The notes beneath the pieces were generated by a model, which saw only the letters and a list, made by a program, of their open reading frames with translations, did not search any database and was not told the DNA's origin. Shown here one piece after another: positions 19,011 to 28,155 of a stretch of DNA of 64,000 nt. The stretch's first letter is position 1; each line of letters opens with the position of its first letter. Position numbers and translations under genes: made by a program. Origin of the DNA: Thermofilaceae archaeon (lineage in GTDB: Archaea > Thermoproteota > Thermoprotei > Thermofilales > Thermofilaceae); the NCBI GenBank assembly GCA_038727095.1, contig JAVYWK010000001.1, positions 1-64,000 on the forward strand, written 5' to 3'.

Positions 19011-19231
19011 GCGGGAGCGCGCTCTCGTGTGAGAAGAGGCCATCGCAGCACCCCGAGCAGGGCGCTGCCGCAAGATGTACGGGGTTCGGGCCTTTTAGGC
19101 CCTTGGGGCCTCCCGACTCGAGCCCCATTTCATCGGGGCCCATGTCACCGTTCACCAGCCCCCGCACAGGGTAACCCCACCCCGCGGCTGAACCGCGGGG
19201 GAAACCCCCGTGGGCCGCGCTCACGCGGCCC
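19011..19231 (-). ncRNA. Candidate structured non-coding RNA of unknown family
   Basis: Series of perfect or near-perfect GC hairpins downstream of a BRE/TATA-like AAAACTTTAAAG (19264-19253); no credible ORF; strand and ends inferred. Confidence 0.45.
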
Positions 19232-19479
19232 GGTTTTCCTGACCGGGTTCGGCTTTAAAGTTTTACCTCCACCCGCAGCTCCGGGAGCCCCCAGAGCAGA
19301 GGGAGGTGGCTAGGCGGGGAGCCGAGCGGTTAGGGCCGAAGGGAGGAGAGGGGTGGAGAGCCCTCGAACCTGATGCAGAGGCCACCCAGCGCCGATAGAT
19401 GTACGGCTTTCCCCTTGAGACCTTTGAGGAGACCCTTCGTTTCGCGGGGTGAAAATGGAGAGGTAGGGGGAGGCTATCG

Positions 19480-19743
19480 ATGGGCTACGCGAGCCTCGCA
19501 GTGAGGGGGAAGCCGTACATCGGCGCGTGCGGCCGCTTTTTGTTTGCGCTGCTGAGGGGCTGCGGGGAGGAGCTCAGGGTGACCCTGAGGTTGAGCAGCA
19601 TGGCGGGGGCTTTGGAGGCTTTCGAAATGGCTGGGTTGAAGCTGGGGAGCATTATATTTACGCGTGCCGGGGAGGGGCACACAGCGCTGGTCCAGCTGAG
19701 GGGAGGCTGGCTGAGAGCTTATGTAGCCGCGGTAGCCGAGTAA
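19480..19743 (+). CDS. Small hypothetical protein or gene remnant
   Basis: 87 aa with GGAGG upstream; its 5' part has an inverted copy at 19389-19415. Confidence 0.35.
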   Translation: MGYASLAVRGKPYIGACGRFLFALLRGCGEELRVTLRLSSMAGALEAFEMAGLKLGSIIFTRAGEGHTALVQLRGGWLRAYVAAVAE

Positions 19744-19977
19744 ACCCGGAGAACAGGGCGCCTTTTCATTCCATTTTTGTTTCCCTTTTCCCGCTGACCC
19801 CCCAGGCGTTGGTGTGAAGCGATTGGGCGAGGGCGTGGGAGCAGAGGGGGTCTGGTTGAGGAAGATGGAAAGTAGAGATGAGGCGACGGAAACCCAGGCT
19901 GGAACAATGGGTTTCGCGAGCCCGATGCGGTCCCAACCCCTTAGTACTTGCTTGACCTACGCTTCCCCTGCGCACCT

Positions 19978-21111
19978 TCACTTGATTGGGTACCTCCCGT
20001 ACTTCCTGCCGACTTCAAGCATCGCCAGGTAGTTCTCCAATTTCACGTAGTTTGCCACGCTGTTACCGCAGCCCAGCGCGTAGCCGCCACCGGGAGCGCA
20101 CTTCCGGAGTATCTCCTTGACGTACTCGACGAAGAGGTCCGTGGGCATCCTTGCGAGCTTGTCCATGTCCACCCCGCCCAGCAGCGCGATTCTATCGCCG
20201 TAGAGCCCCTTGTACTCGGTCACCGGGTAGGCAGCATCCTCGAAGGAGTGCTTCGCGTCGATCCCCACGTAGCTGATCAAGTCCTCCATGATCACCTTCA
20301 GGTTGCCGCAGGAGTGGAGGATGAAGGGCTTCCCGCAGCGGTGCACGGCGTCCGCGCACCTCTTCTGCCACGGGAAGACCAGCTCCCTGAGGGCGTTGGG
20401 CGAGATCATTGGGCCGCTCCTGAAACCCATGTCGTCGCCCATCGTCAGGGCACCGACCCTCTCGCACTCAGCGGCCGCCTTGCAGAGCTCCTCGAGAACG
20501 CGGCCCACCCTCTCGAAGAGCTCCCTCACGAAAGCACGATCCCTGTGGAGAGCCCTCGAGAACGGTGCAAAGCCCATCAGCCAAGTCACATTCTCAAAGA
20601 CGCCGCCGGGGGTCAACGGGATGAAGGCCATTCGCTCCGGCAGCAGTCTGGAGACGGCGCCGTAGTAGACCATGAACGTCTCAACAACCGCGCTCGGATC
20701 GGGCCACGGGTAGTTCTCCAGGTCCTCGCGCTTCTCTATCGTACCTCTGAACTCGTCGTTCCAGGCCCTCTTGGGCCTGCGGAGCGGCGCGGTGTCGTCG
20801 GCCAGCAGCACGTTAGTCCGCGGGAAGGGGGTCGGTATGGACAGCGTGATGTAGTCGTAGCCTAAACCACCGTAGAAGCGCACCAGCACCCTCACGTTGT
20901 GCTCAACCGTTCTCAAGAGCTCGGCCCTTCCATCGGGAGAGCTCAACTCGGATACTGCCTCGTGGACGCTCGCTGGCCCCGGCGCCAGTTTTTCACCCGT
21001 TAGAGCCTCGACAACCTCCGCGTCGGCGTAGAGGTCGTAAAAGGGGACCCTATCGGGAGGCTCCTCGAGGTGAAGCACCGAGAGAAGCCGCTCAAAGTTC
21101 GACTCCGACAC
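19978..21111 (-). CDS. Uroporphyrinogen decarboxylase/MtaA-like family protein
   Basis: PDRVP, GDDMGF, ILHSCGN, LLGGVD, GGGYALGCGNSV. Confidence 0.85.
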   Translation of the reverse strand: MSESNFERLLSVLHLEEPPDRVPFYDLYADAEVVEALTGEKLAPGPASVHEAVSELSSPDGRAELLRTVEHNVRVLVRFYGGLGYDYITLSIPTPFPRTNVLLADDTAPLRRPKRAWNDEFRGTIEKREDLENYPWPDPSAVVETFMVYYGAVSRLLPERMAFIPLTPGGVFENVTWLMGFAPFSRALHRDRAFVRELFERVGRVLEELCKAAAECERVGALTMGDDMGFRSGPMISPNALRELVFPWQKRCADAVHRCGKPFILHSCGNLKVIMEDLISYVGIDAKHSFEDAAYPVTEYKGLYGDRIALLGGVDMDKLARMPTDLFVEYVKEILRKCAPGGGYALGCGNSVANYVKLENYLAMLEVGRKYGRYPIK

Positions 21112-21164
21112 GAATTAGATTGGGGGAGCACAGTTAAAACCCTTTGGTGGGATCCCCAAGCTGA

Positions 21165-21214
21165 GGGATGAGGCACGTCGAGCTGAACCGTGATGCGATT
21201 GGTCTTTGCTGACA
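21165..21214 (+). ncRNA. Possible C/D box sRNA with degenerate C box
   Basis: ATGAGGC 21168-74, CTGA 21183-86, GTGATGC 21190-96, 12-nt guide GATTGGTCTTTG, CTGA 21209-12. Confidence 0.55.
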
Positions 21215-21245
21215 AACGCTCGCGCTTGAAGGTCTGCGCTTGGGC

Positions 21246-21515
21246 TCACTCGAGCTTTACCGCATCACTCAACTTGCTCGCTGCTACGCTCAGCGTAACG
21301 TAGTCGCCGACCCCCTTGACGTGGGTCAGGCTCACCGAGCCTCGCGGTCTAAGGGAAAAGCGTACCCCGATCGCTCTGGCGGCGTCACGGCTTAAGCGGA
21401 GGACGAGCTTCGTGACAACCCAGTTCTCGATCTCGAGGTCCTCGATCCGGCCGATGCTCACCCCGTCCTCCGTGACAACCTCCTTCCCTATTATGTTCTT
21501 CACCCGCACGATCAA
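21246..21515 (-). CDS. PRC-barrel domain protein
   Basis: IIGKEVVTEDGVSIGRIEDLEI...VKGVGDYV. Confidence 0.85.
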   Translation of the reverse strand: MIVRVKNIIGKEVVTEDGVSIGRIEDLEIENWVVTKLVLRLSRDAARAIGVRFSLRPRGSVSLTHVKGVGDYVTLSVAASKLSDAVKLE

Positions 21516-21573
21516 TCCGCCCGCCTACGAGAGGCCTTCTCAACGCTTAAAAGTTGCGCTGGGGAGGGGGCGC

Positions 21574-22827
21574 ATGCGAAGCTTGTTTAGCGATGCCAGG
21601 TACGCCTACGAGCTCGCCCTGCGCTTGTCCTCTGAGCCGCGCTTCACGGGGAGCGAGGGTGAAGCTAGGGCGCGCGAGCTGGTCGTGAGGGAGCTGTCCA
21701 GCATGGGCTACGACGTCAGGCTGGAGCCCTTCAAGGTGAAGGTGTACGAGATTCGGAGGGCGGAGCTGGAGGCCCTCGAGCCCGAGCGGCGCAGCGTTGA
21801 GTGCGCCGGTGTGGGCTTCAGCGGCGAGACGGGTGAGGAAGGGGTTGAAGGCGAGCTCGTCTACATCGAGGGGGGCGATCCGGCGCTCGTCCCTAGCTCC
21901 ACGGGCTGGATCGGTCTCGCCTCGGCGAGGCCCGACAAGGAGGGGTGGCGGAAGCTGGCCGGCAGGGCTTTGGGCCTCGTGATCGCCGAGGGCTCACCCC
22001 ACCGACAGCTGAGCCGGGTCGACGTGCCCCACGAGTGGAGGGAGAAGTTCGGCAACCTGCCCGCAGTCTACGTGAGGTACAGCGACGCGCTGAAGATGCT
22101 CGAGGCTAGGCGCGCGAGGCTCGTCCTGGTCCAGGAGTACAGGGAGGTGGAGGCATTCAACGTGGTTGCTGAGAGGCGGGGGTCGAAGTACCCGGATGAG
22201 GTCGTGTACGTGACGGCGCACCTCGACAGCGTTTACGGTGTGCGGGGCGCCGTTGACAACGCGGGCGGCTCGGCTCTCGCGGTAGCCATCGCGAGGGCCT
22301 TGAGCAACGTCCCCCTCAAGCGGACGCTCCGCTTCGTCCTCTTCAGCGGGGAGGAGCTTGGGCTGCGCGGCTCGCTGGCCCACGTCGAGGCGCGGAAGGA
22401 TGAGATGAGGAACGCCGTGCTCGTCGTGAACCTGGACGTCCACGGCGGGGCAATGGGGACGACTAGAGCGATCGTCACAGGCTCGAAGAGCCTGCGCCAT
22501 TCGATCGAGTTCCTCGCGAAGAAGCTGGGAGTAAAGGTGGAGGTGAGCGAGGACGTGATGTCGAGCGACAGCGCGAGCTTCGCGAGGTTGGGCGTCCCCT
22601 CAGTCAACGTGTTCCGGGCCAGCGGCGCCAACGCCGGTATGCACACGGTCGAGGACTCGCCCGAGCTGCTGCACCCCTCATCCTTCGAGCTCCCCGGCCT
22701 GCTCGCTCTCCACATCGTCAGGGAGGTGGCCGACGCTGAGGAGGTTCCGTTCGAGCGCGAGATACCGGAGGAGGTGAAGAGGAAGGTGGACGACTACTTC
22801 AGGAAGAGGCTCGGGATTTTCGAGTAA
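21574..22827 (+). CDS. M28 family aminopeptidase with PA-like domain
   Basis: RFTGSEGE, TAHLDSV, GAVDNAGG, FSGEELGLRGS, SSD, MHTVED; start placed at ATG 21574. Confidence 0.88.
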   Translation: MRSLFSDARYAYELALRLSSEPRFTGSEGEARARELVVRELSSMGYDVRLEPFKVKVYEIRRAELEALEPERRSVECAGVGFSGETGEEGVEGELVYIEGGDPALVPSSTGWIGLASARPDKEGWRKLAGRALGLVIAEGSPHRQLSRVDVPHEWREKFGNLPAVYVRYSDALKMLEARRARLVLVQEYREVEAFNVVAERRGSKYPDEVVYVTAHLDSVYGVRGAVDNAGGSALAVAIARALSNVPLKRTLRFVLFSGEELGLRGSLAHVEARKDEMRNAVLVVNLDVHGGAMGTTRAIVTGSKSLRHSIEFLAKKLGVKVEVSEDVMSSDSASFARLGVPSVNVFRASGANAGMHTVEDSPELLHPSSFELPGLLALHIVREVADAEEVPFEREIPEEVKRKVDDYFRKRLGIFE

Positions 22828-24706
22828 GCTTAAACAGCAGAGCCGCGGCAGCTAGCCCGGCGCCCACCGCAGCGGTTAGCACCAGCAGGGCGGTGAACCC
22901 CTCCCCCTTCCTCGCCTGAACCTGGGGCCCTCTGGCGGAAGACGCTTCAACCTCGATGGTAGCCTCTTCGGTCGCCAGCTGGCCCGAAGCTGACCACGCC
23001 TCAACCCTCACCTTCGCTAGCCTTCCAGCTGCGACACCCCGCAGCTCGACTCTCTCGCCGGGGCCGATGTAGGGGAGGAAGGCAGCGTGAGAAGTGCGGT
23101 TGATCGGCAGCGTGTAAGCGTGGAAGCCCGCTGGCTCCACCGCTACCCCCACCGACGCGTTGACCACGGTCAACCGGGCGGCCACGATCGGCTCCTCCTC
23201 AACGTTGCTGACGGCCACAACGATGGCATTGCCCTCCCCCGCCAACTCGACTCTAACCCTTGGGGCCTTCCCGATGGGCGGCTCCCAGCCCTTGTAGCGG
23301 GCCACGTACTCCCTCGTCATGCGGAGGTACTGGAAGCCGTACTCCCTGCTCGGCTCGATCTCCGTCCCCTCGTGCCACTCGTTCCACGAGCAGATGAGGA
23401 TCATGTCGGGCTCGCTCGCGATCGCCGCCTCCCACGTCCGCCTGTAATAACCGCCCTCCTCCCTCGCGACGTAGGCGCCGGGCCTTCGGATCTTCCTGTC
23501 GTCGTAGCCTGGGTTGACGGTTGCAGCCCAGAGCTTCCTCACAGCCGGGCCCTCCCCCACGCTGATGAAGGACTTGACGAGCCTCGACTGCTCCGCGTAC
23601 GTGGCCGCGTGGTCCCTTACCCAAATCGGGTTGTACGTGTGCAGCCCGTCGAAGACGGTCAGGAAAGCCGTGTTGAAAGTGTCTGCGATCCAGATCGCCT
23701 TCACGCCGGCAGACTCCTCCGCCCTCCTTAAAACCCCCCGCCAGAACTCGGGGTCTCTCGAGTAGGCTTCAACGGCGTACACGAAGACGACCGGCCTACC
23801 CTCGATCTTGAGGAAGGCCGGGTGCTTCGAGTACTTGCTGAGGACGTAGGAGAGCTCCCTCGCGACTTGTTCGGCCGTCATCTCGCGCACCGACTCGTAG
23901 TAAATGGTGAGGTTGAACCCAGCCTCCCCCGCCACCTCAAGCATGCGAGAGAACGCCTCGTCCTCGAAGCTGCCAGGGCCCCACCACGATACGATGAAGC
24001 CGTCGATCCCCGCGGCCTTTGCCATCTCGATGTGGGATTTGACGAGCCTCGCATCCCACGAGTCGTAAGGCCCCAGCAGCGGGAAGTTCGTCGCCGAGCC
24101 GATCTCCGCGTAGGAGACCCTCTCCCAGTGGAACCAGCGTCGCGACGCTCCCTGAGGGTTCCCGTACCAGGGGTAGTAGAAGGCGAGCACAAGCCTGGGT
24201 GCTCGCAGCTCCCTCACCTCCACCGCGACCGCCTGCGCTCCGAGGAGAGCGGACTTCGGCAGCAGCGAGCTCCTGGGATTAACGCCGGCGCTGCCGGGCA
24301 CGACGCCGGTGTTGGTGAAGCTCCACACCAGCCTCTCCTCGCCCCCCACGATCGCGAGCACGCGGATCGTCGTGTACTCGAGATCCCCCTTCGCGACAGT
24401 CACGTTCACCGCGTCGTTCGTAAACACGAGCCAGCCCTCAACCCTGACCTTGACGAGTGTCGTGTCGTACTGCCTCTTCCCAACGTGGATCGAAGAACCC
24501 GCAGCTGTAACCCTCAGGCCGGGCGCTCGCTCGCCCTCTACGATGGAGAAGCTCAGCGGGGTGAAGCCCGGTACCGTCACTGTCGTCCAATCGGACTTCG
24601 TCTCAACCTCGACAACGACCCTGAACGCTGTTACGCCGTTGGATTCGGTTAGGCTGGCCACCAGCGCGAGAAAGGCGAGAACGGTGATAACTTTTGCGGC
24701 ACGCAT
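22799..24706 (-). CDS. Membrane-anchored glycoside hydrolase family 99/71-like (endo-alpha-mannosidase-like)
   Basis: AFYYPWY, PLLGPYDS, GIDGFIVSWW, PGYDD, SWNEWHEGTEIEP; signal peptide and C-terminal TM helix. Confidence 0.85.
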   Translation of the reverse strand: MRAAKVITVLAFLALVASLTESNGVTAFRVVVEVETKSDWTTVTVPGFTPLSFSIVEGERAPGLRVTAAGSSIHVGKRQYDTTLVKVRVEGWLVFTNDAVNVTVAKGDLEYTTIRVLAIVGGEERLVWSFTNTGVVPGSAGVNPRSSLLPKSALLGAQAVAVEVRELRAPRLVLAFYYPWYGNPQGASRRWFHWERVSYAEIGSATNFPLLGPYDSWDARLVKSHIEMAKAAGIDGFIVSWWGPGSFEDEAFSRMLEVAGEAGFNLTIYYESVREMTAEQVARELSYVLSKYSKHPAFLKIEGRPVVFVYAVEAYSRDPEFWRGVLRRAEESAGVKAIWIADTFNTAFLTVFDGLHTYNPIWVRDHAATYAEQSRLVKSFISVGEGPAVRKLWAATVNPGYDDRKIRRPGAYVAREEGGYYRRTWEAAIASEPDMILICSWNEWHEGTEIEPSREYGFQYLRMTREYVARYKGWEPPIGKAPRVRVELAGEGNAIVVAVSNVEEEPIVAARLTVVNASVGVAVEPAGFHAYTLPINRTSHAAFLPYIGPGERVELRGVAAGRLAKVRVEAWSASGQLATEEATIEVEASSARGPQVQARKGEGFTALLVLTAAVGAGLAAAALLFKLTRKSRASS

Positions 24707-24774
24707 CGTGTGAACACTGCATCCGCGAGCTTTAAGCATTCTTAAGCCGGCCGCGCCCGGATCCCTCGTCAGCC

Positions 24775-25776
24775 TTAGCGCGTGGAGAGCACAATCGAGC
24801 CCGCGGGCGGCCTATGCTTAAGCTCGAGGAGCGCTTCGTTAGCGTCCTCCAGCCTGTAGACCTTCACAGCGGGCCGGACGCCAGCCCTCGCTGCCTCCTC
24901 CAGGAACTCGCGCACATCCCGGCGCGTGACGTTGGCGACGCTCTTCACTTCGCGCTCGAGCCAAAGCAGCTCGTACTCCAGCCTCTCGATGGGCGTCATG
25001 TAGATGCCGGCGAGAACGAGGCGGCCGCCCTTCTCCAGCTTCCTCAGCGCTTCCACAGCCACCCAGCCCGCAGGCGCAAATACGATGGCCGCGTCAAGCC
25101 TCACGGGCAGCTCGCCCCGCGCAGACCCCGCCCACGCTGCGCCCGCCTCCAGCGCCTGCCTCACCTTGCTTTCCGACTCTGTGAAGACGTACACTTCCAC
25201 CCCCTTCGCAACTGCTACGGGTAGGATCATATGGGCTGAGGAGCCGTAGCCGAAAAGGCCCAACCTGCCTCCCCGCTCGAGGAGCCCCGTGAGCCTCAGA
25301 GCCCTATAGCCGATCGCGCCGCCGCACAGGAGGGGGGCTGCCTCCTCGTCGCTGTATCCCGGCGGTATCGGGTGGACGAACTCGGACTTAGCGATCATGC
25401 ACTCGGCGTAACCGCCGTCAACATCGTAGCCCGTGAAGACCGCACTGTCGCAGAGGTTCTCGAGACCGGTGCGGCAGAACCTGCACGTTCCGCAAGCCCA
25501 GTAGAGCCAGGGCACGCCCACCCTATCGCCCACGCGTACACCCCCCGCATCCTCCCCTACTTCGCGCACAACGCCGACCACCTGGTGGCCGGGGGTGACA
25601 GGCAGCTTGTGCGGCTTGAGCTCCCCCTCAACGATGTGGAGGTCTGTGCGGCAGACTCCGCACGCTCTCACGTCTATGAGGACTTCATCCCTTGCTGGTG
25701 AGGGTCGGGGGGTTTCGACTAGCTTGAGGGGCTTCTCCTCGATTGGCGCCGGCCGCTCGAGGATTACGGCTCTCAC
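24775..25776 (-). CDS. Zinc-dependent alcohol dehydrogenase family protein
   Basis: CGVCRTDLH, PGHQVVG, CGTCRFC...ENLC. Confidence 0.9.
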   Translation of the reverse strand: MRAVILERPAPIEEKPLKLVETPRPSPARDEVLIDVRACGVCRTDLHIVEGELKPHKLPVTPGHQVVGVVREVGEDAGGVRVGDRVGVPWLYWACGTCRFCRTGLENLCDSAVFTGYDVDGGYAECMIAKSEFVHPIPPGYSDEEAAPLLCGGAIGYRALRLTGLLERGGRLGLFGYGSSAHMILPVAVAKGVEVYVFTESESKVRQALEAGAAWAGSARGELPVRLDAAIVFAPAGWVAVEALRKLEKGGRLVLAGIYMTPIERLEYELLWLEREVKSVANVTRRDVREFLEEAARAGVRPAVKVYRLEDANEALLELKHRPPAGSIVLSTR

Positions 25777-25855
25777 AGTTCAAAGCTCAGCGCGGGAGGG
25801 TAAAGGCTTTCGGTTAAAGAAATGCATATATACTGGCGTAACTTACAACTTTACG

Positions 25856-26578
25856 ATGGCCGAGAAGGTAAGGTCGAGGCTCAGGGAGCTGGAGTCGGAG
25901 TTCGCGAGTCTTTTCAAGAGCTTGAACGAGGAGCTGAAGAGGGTGGAGGCTGACGTTGAGAGGGGCAGGGTTGACGCTGTGGAAGCGCTTAGAGGGCTCC
26001 GCGAGCACCTTAGGGGCCTCAGGTCAAAGCTCATCGACGCCCGGATCGAGCTGCGCTCGATGCTGAGGGAGGCAAGGCTCAGCCTCCGGCCGGACGAGTG
26101 GGAGGAGTTGAGCGAGGAGGTCGACGAGTTCTTCGAGCGGTGGAGGGACGCTTTGGAGGATCTGCTGGACGACATGAGGGATTTGGCTAGGAGAGCGGAG
26201 AGGGTGAGGCGGAGGGTGGTTGTGTTCACGGATATCGGGAAGGTGATCGAGGAGAGCTTGGAGCAGACAGCGAAGGGGCTGGAAGCCGCGCTCGCCAAGC
26301 TGAAGGAGGCCCTGGAGAAGGGGTTGGAGGGGCCCTCCTACGCCGTCTCCGTGCGGCTGCCGCAGAGAGACCTGGAGATCGTGGATGCGCTCGTGGAGGC
26401 TGGGATCTTCAAGAGCCGCAGCGAGGCGATCGCCTTCTTCGCTCACAAGGGTATCGAGGGCTCAAGGCACCTGTTCAACGAGGCGCTTGCGAAGCTGGAG
26501 GAGCTGAAGGCGCTGCGCGAGAAGCTCAGGGAGGAGCTGAAGAGAGCCTTCGGGGAGGGGCAGCAGGCGTCGAGCTAG
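25856..26578 (+). CDS. Coiled-coil protein with C-terminal ribbon-helix-helix domain
   Basis: AVSVRLPQRDLEIVDALVEAGIFKSRSEAIAF is RHH-like; ATG 25856 follows a TATATA element. Confidence 0.75.
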   Translation: MAEKVRSRLRELESEFASLFKSLNEELKRVEADVERGRVDAVEALRGLREHLRGLRSKLIDARIELRSMLREARLSLRPDEWEELSEEVDEFFERWRDALEDLLDDMRDLARRAERVRRRVVVFTDIGKVIEESLEQTAKGLEAALAKLKEALEKGLEGPSYAVSVRLPQRDLEIVDALVEAGIFKSRSEAIAFFAHKGIEGSRHLFNEALAKLEELKALREKLREELKRAFGEGQQASS

Positions 26579-28155
26579 GCCCCCACCTTCGACTTCGTGC
26601 GGAACTGCTCCTCATAAGCCCTTTTTACATCCTCTATGGTTGACGCCTCGTAGGGGCTCTTGTCTGGCCTGAGCCTCACGATTCGCGCGAAGCGCAGTGC
26701 GTATCCCGACTTGTACTTCGGGCTTCGCTGCACCTCGCTGAAAGCGACTTCCGCAACGATGGCCGGCTTGACCCAGACTCGCCAAGGCTCCTCCTTCACC
26801 TTCAGCTCGAGCAGCTTCCTCGTCATCTCCTCGAACTCCGCGTCCGTCAAGCCCTTGAACGTCTTCCCCACGATCAGGAACTCGCCGGTGGACGGGTCCA
26901 GGGCGGCGAGGTAGTAGTCGCTTAACCAACCCGTCCTGCGCCCGTGCCCCCACTCGGCTCCAACGATCACGAGGTCCAGCGTCTCGGCCGGCTTCACCTT
27001 GAACCAGTACTTGCCCCTGGCGCCCGGCGTGTAGGGGCCGTCGAGCCTCTTGACCACAACCCCCTCGTTCCCCCTTTCGAGGCTCTCCCGGTAGAAAGCT
27101 TCAGCCTCCTGAACGTCGCTCGTCACGACCCTTTCGATCAGCACTTCGGGGCCTGCGACGCTCTCCAGCAGCTTCCACCGCTCTGCGTAGGGCAGGTCAA
27201 CGAGGACCCTACCGTCGAGGTAGAGGATGTCGAAAGCCCTGATCTCGAAGGGCATCTCCTCGGCCATCCTCTCGACGGCCTCCCTCCTCCTGATCCTCCT
27301 CACAAGGTCTTGGAAGCGCAGCGGCTTCCCCCCTCTGAAGCTCACGGCTTCGCAGTCGATGACAGCCTCGCCGGCCCTCACGTGCTCCAGGACGAGCTCC
27401 ACTACGTCTGGCAGGCTGGGGGTCACGTCCGTGAGCCTCCTAGTGTAGAGCTTAACCTCCCGCCCGCGCTTGTGTACCTGGAGGCGGACCCCGTCGTACT
27501 TGTACTCAACCACCGCCCTCCCACCGCACTCCTTCAGCGCCTCGCGGACATCCCTAGCCGTTTCGGCCAGCATTGGGCGGACGGGGTGGAATAGGCGCAG
27601 CTCAACCTGCTCCGGCTCCACGCCCTTCAGGAGGAGCTCCGCTAGATCGCCTATGTCGCCCGCGAACATGTACGCCTTCCTCACGGCCTCCGGGCTGGCC
27701 CCGCAGGCTCTCGCTAGCGCCTCCAGCACGAGCCCCTCGTTCGCGCCCAGCCTCGGTTCCCCGAAGATGAAGCGCGCGAGCATCTCAACCTCCTCCGGGT
27801 CCATATCGACGAGCAGCGACTGAAGCACGCGCAGCTTCCTCCGCCTCGAGTCCTCGCCGTTGATCCCAGCGATCCTCTCCAGCGCCTCGTAGACCTCCCT
27901 CACGGTCAGCTTGCGCCTCTCGAGCGGCACGACGCCCTTAACGCTGTTAACGGCCTCGCTGAGCAAGCTGTACCCCACGCCGAGCTCCAAATCCGCGTAG
28001 GCCGGGAAAATCTCGCCCGTCAGGAGCCTCACGACGATCGCCGCCTCAGCAGGGTCCAAGCCCCGTAAAGCCGCAGCGAGCGTAGCAACCTTCTCGTTCC
28101 TCGATGACGTAGACTCGAGGAGCTTGGCCAGCTTCACAAGCTCTTCGAAGAGCAC
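26575..28155 (-). CDS. lig: ATP-dependent DNA ligase
   Basis: PMLA, motif I EYKYDGVR, EGVVVK, WFKVK, DLVIVG, ALRFAR. Confidence 0.92.
   Translation of the reverse strand: MLFEELVKLAKLLESTSSRNEKVATLAAALRGLDPAEAAIVVRLLTGEIFPAYADLELGVGYSLLSEAVNSVKGVVPLERRKLTVREVYEALERIAGINGEDSRRRKLRVLQSLLVDMDPEEVEMLARFIFGEPRLGANEGLVLEALARACGASPEAVRKAYMFAGDIGDLAELLLKGVEPEQVELRLFHPVRPMLAETARDVREALKECGGRAVVEYKYDGVRLQVHKRGREVKLYTRRLTDVTPSLPDVVELVLEHVRAGEAVIDCEAVSFRGGKPLRFQDLVRRIRRREAVERMAEEMPFEIRAFDILYLDGRVLVDLPYAERWKLLESVAGPEVLIERVVTSDVQEAEAFYRESLERGNEGVVVKRLDGPYTPGARGKYWFKVKPAETLDLVIVGAEWGHGRRTGWLSDYYLAALDPSTGEFLIVGKTFKGLTDAEFEEMTRKLLELKVKEEPWRVWVKPAIVAEVAFSEVQRSPKYKSGYALRFARIVRLRPDKSPYEASTIEDVKRAYEEQFRTKSKVGA

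Noticed and set aside
19011-19260. RNase P or SRP RNA
   Set aside because: Diagnostic P4 and helix-8 sequences are not found on either strand; kept only as an unknown structured candidate
19948-20865. 305-aa plus-strand ORF and similar long shadow ORFs (e.g. 23822..24652, 31041..31796, 39865..40491)
   Set aside because: Antisense to well-supported genes; expected by-product of GC-rich codon usage
24742-24756. TTAAGCCGGCCGCG resembling part of a crenarchaeal 5S rRNA
   Set aside because: Only about 14 nt; flanks are coding and cannot form the 5S structure
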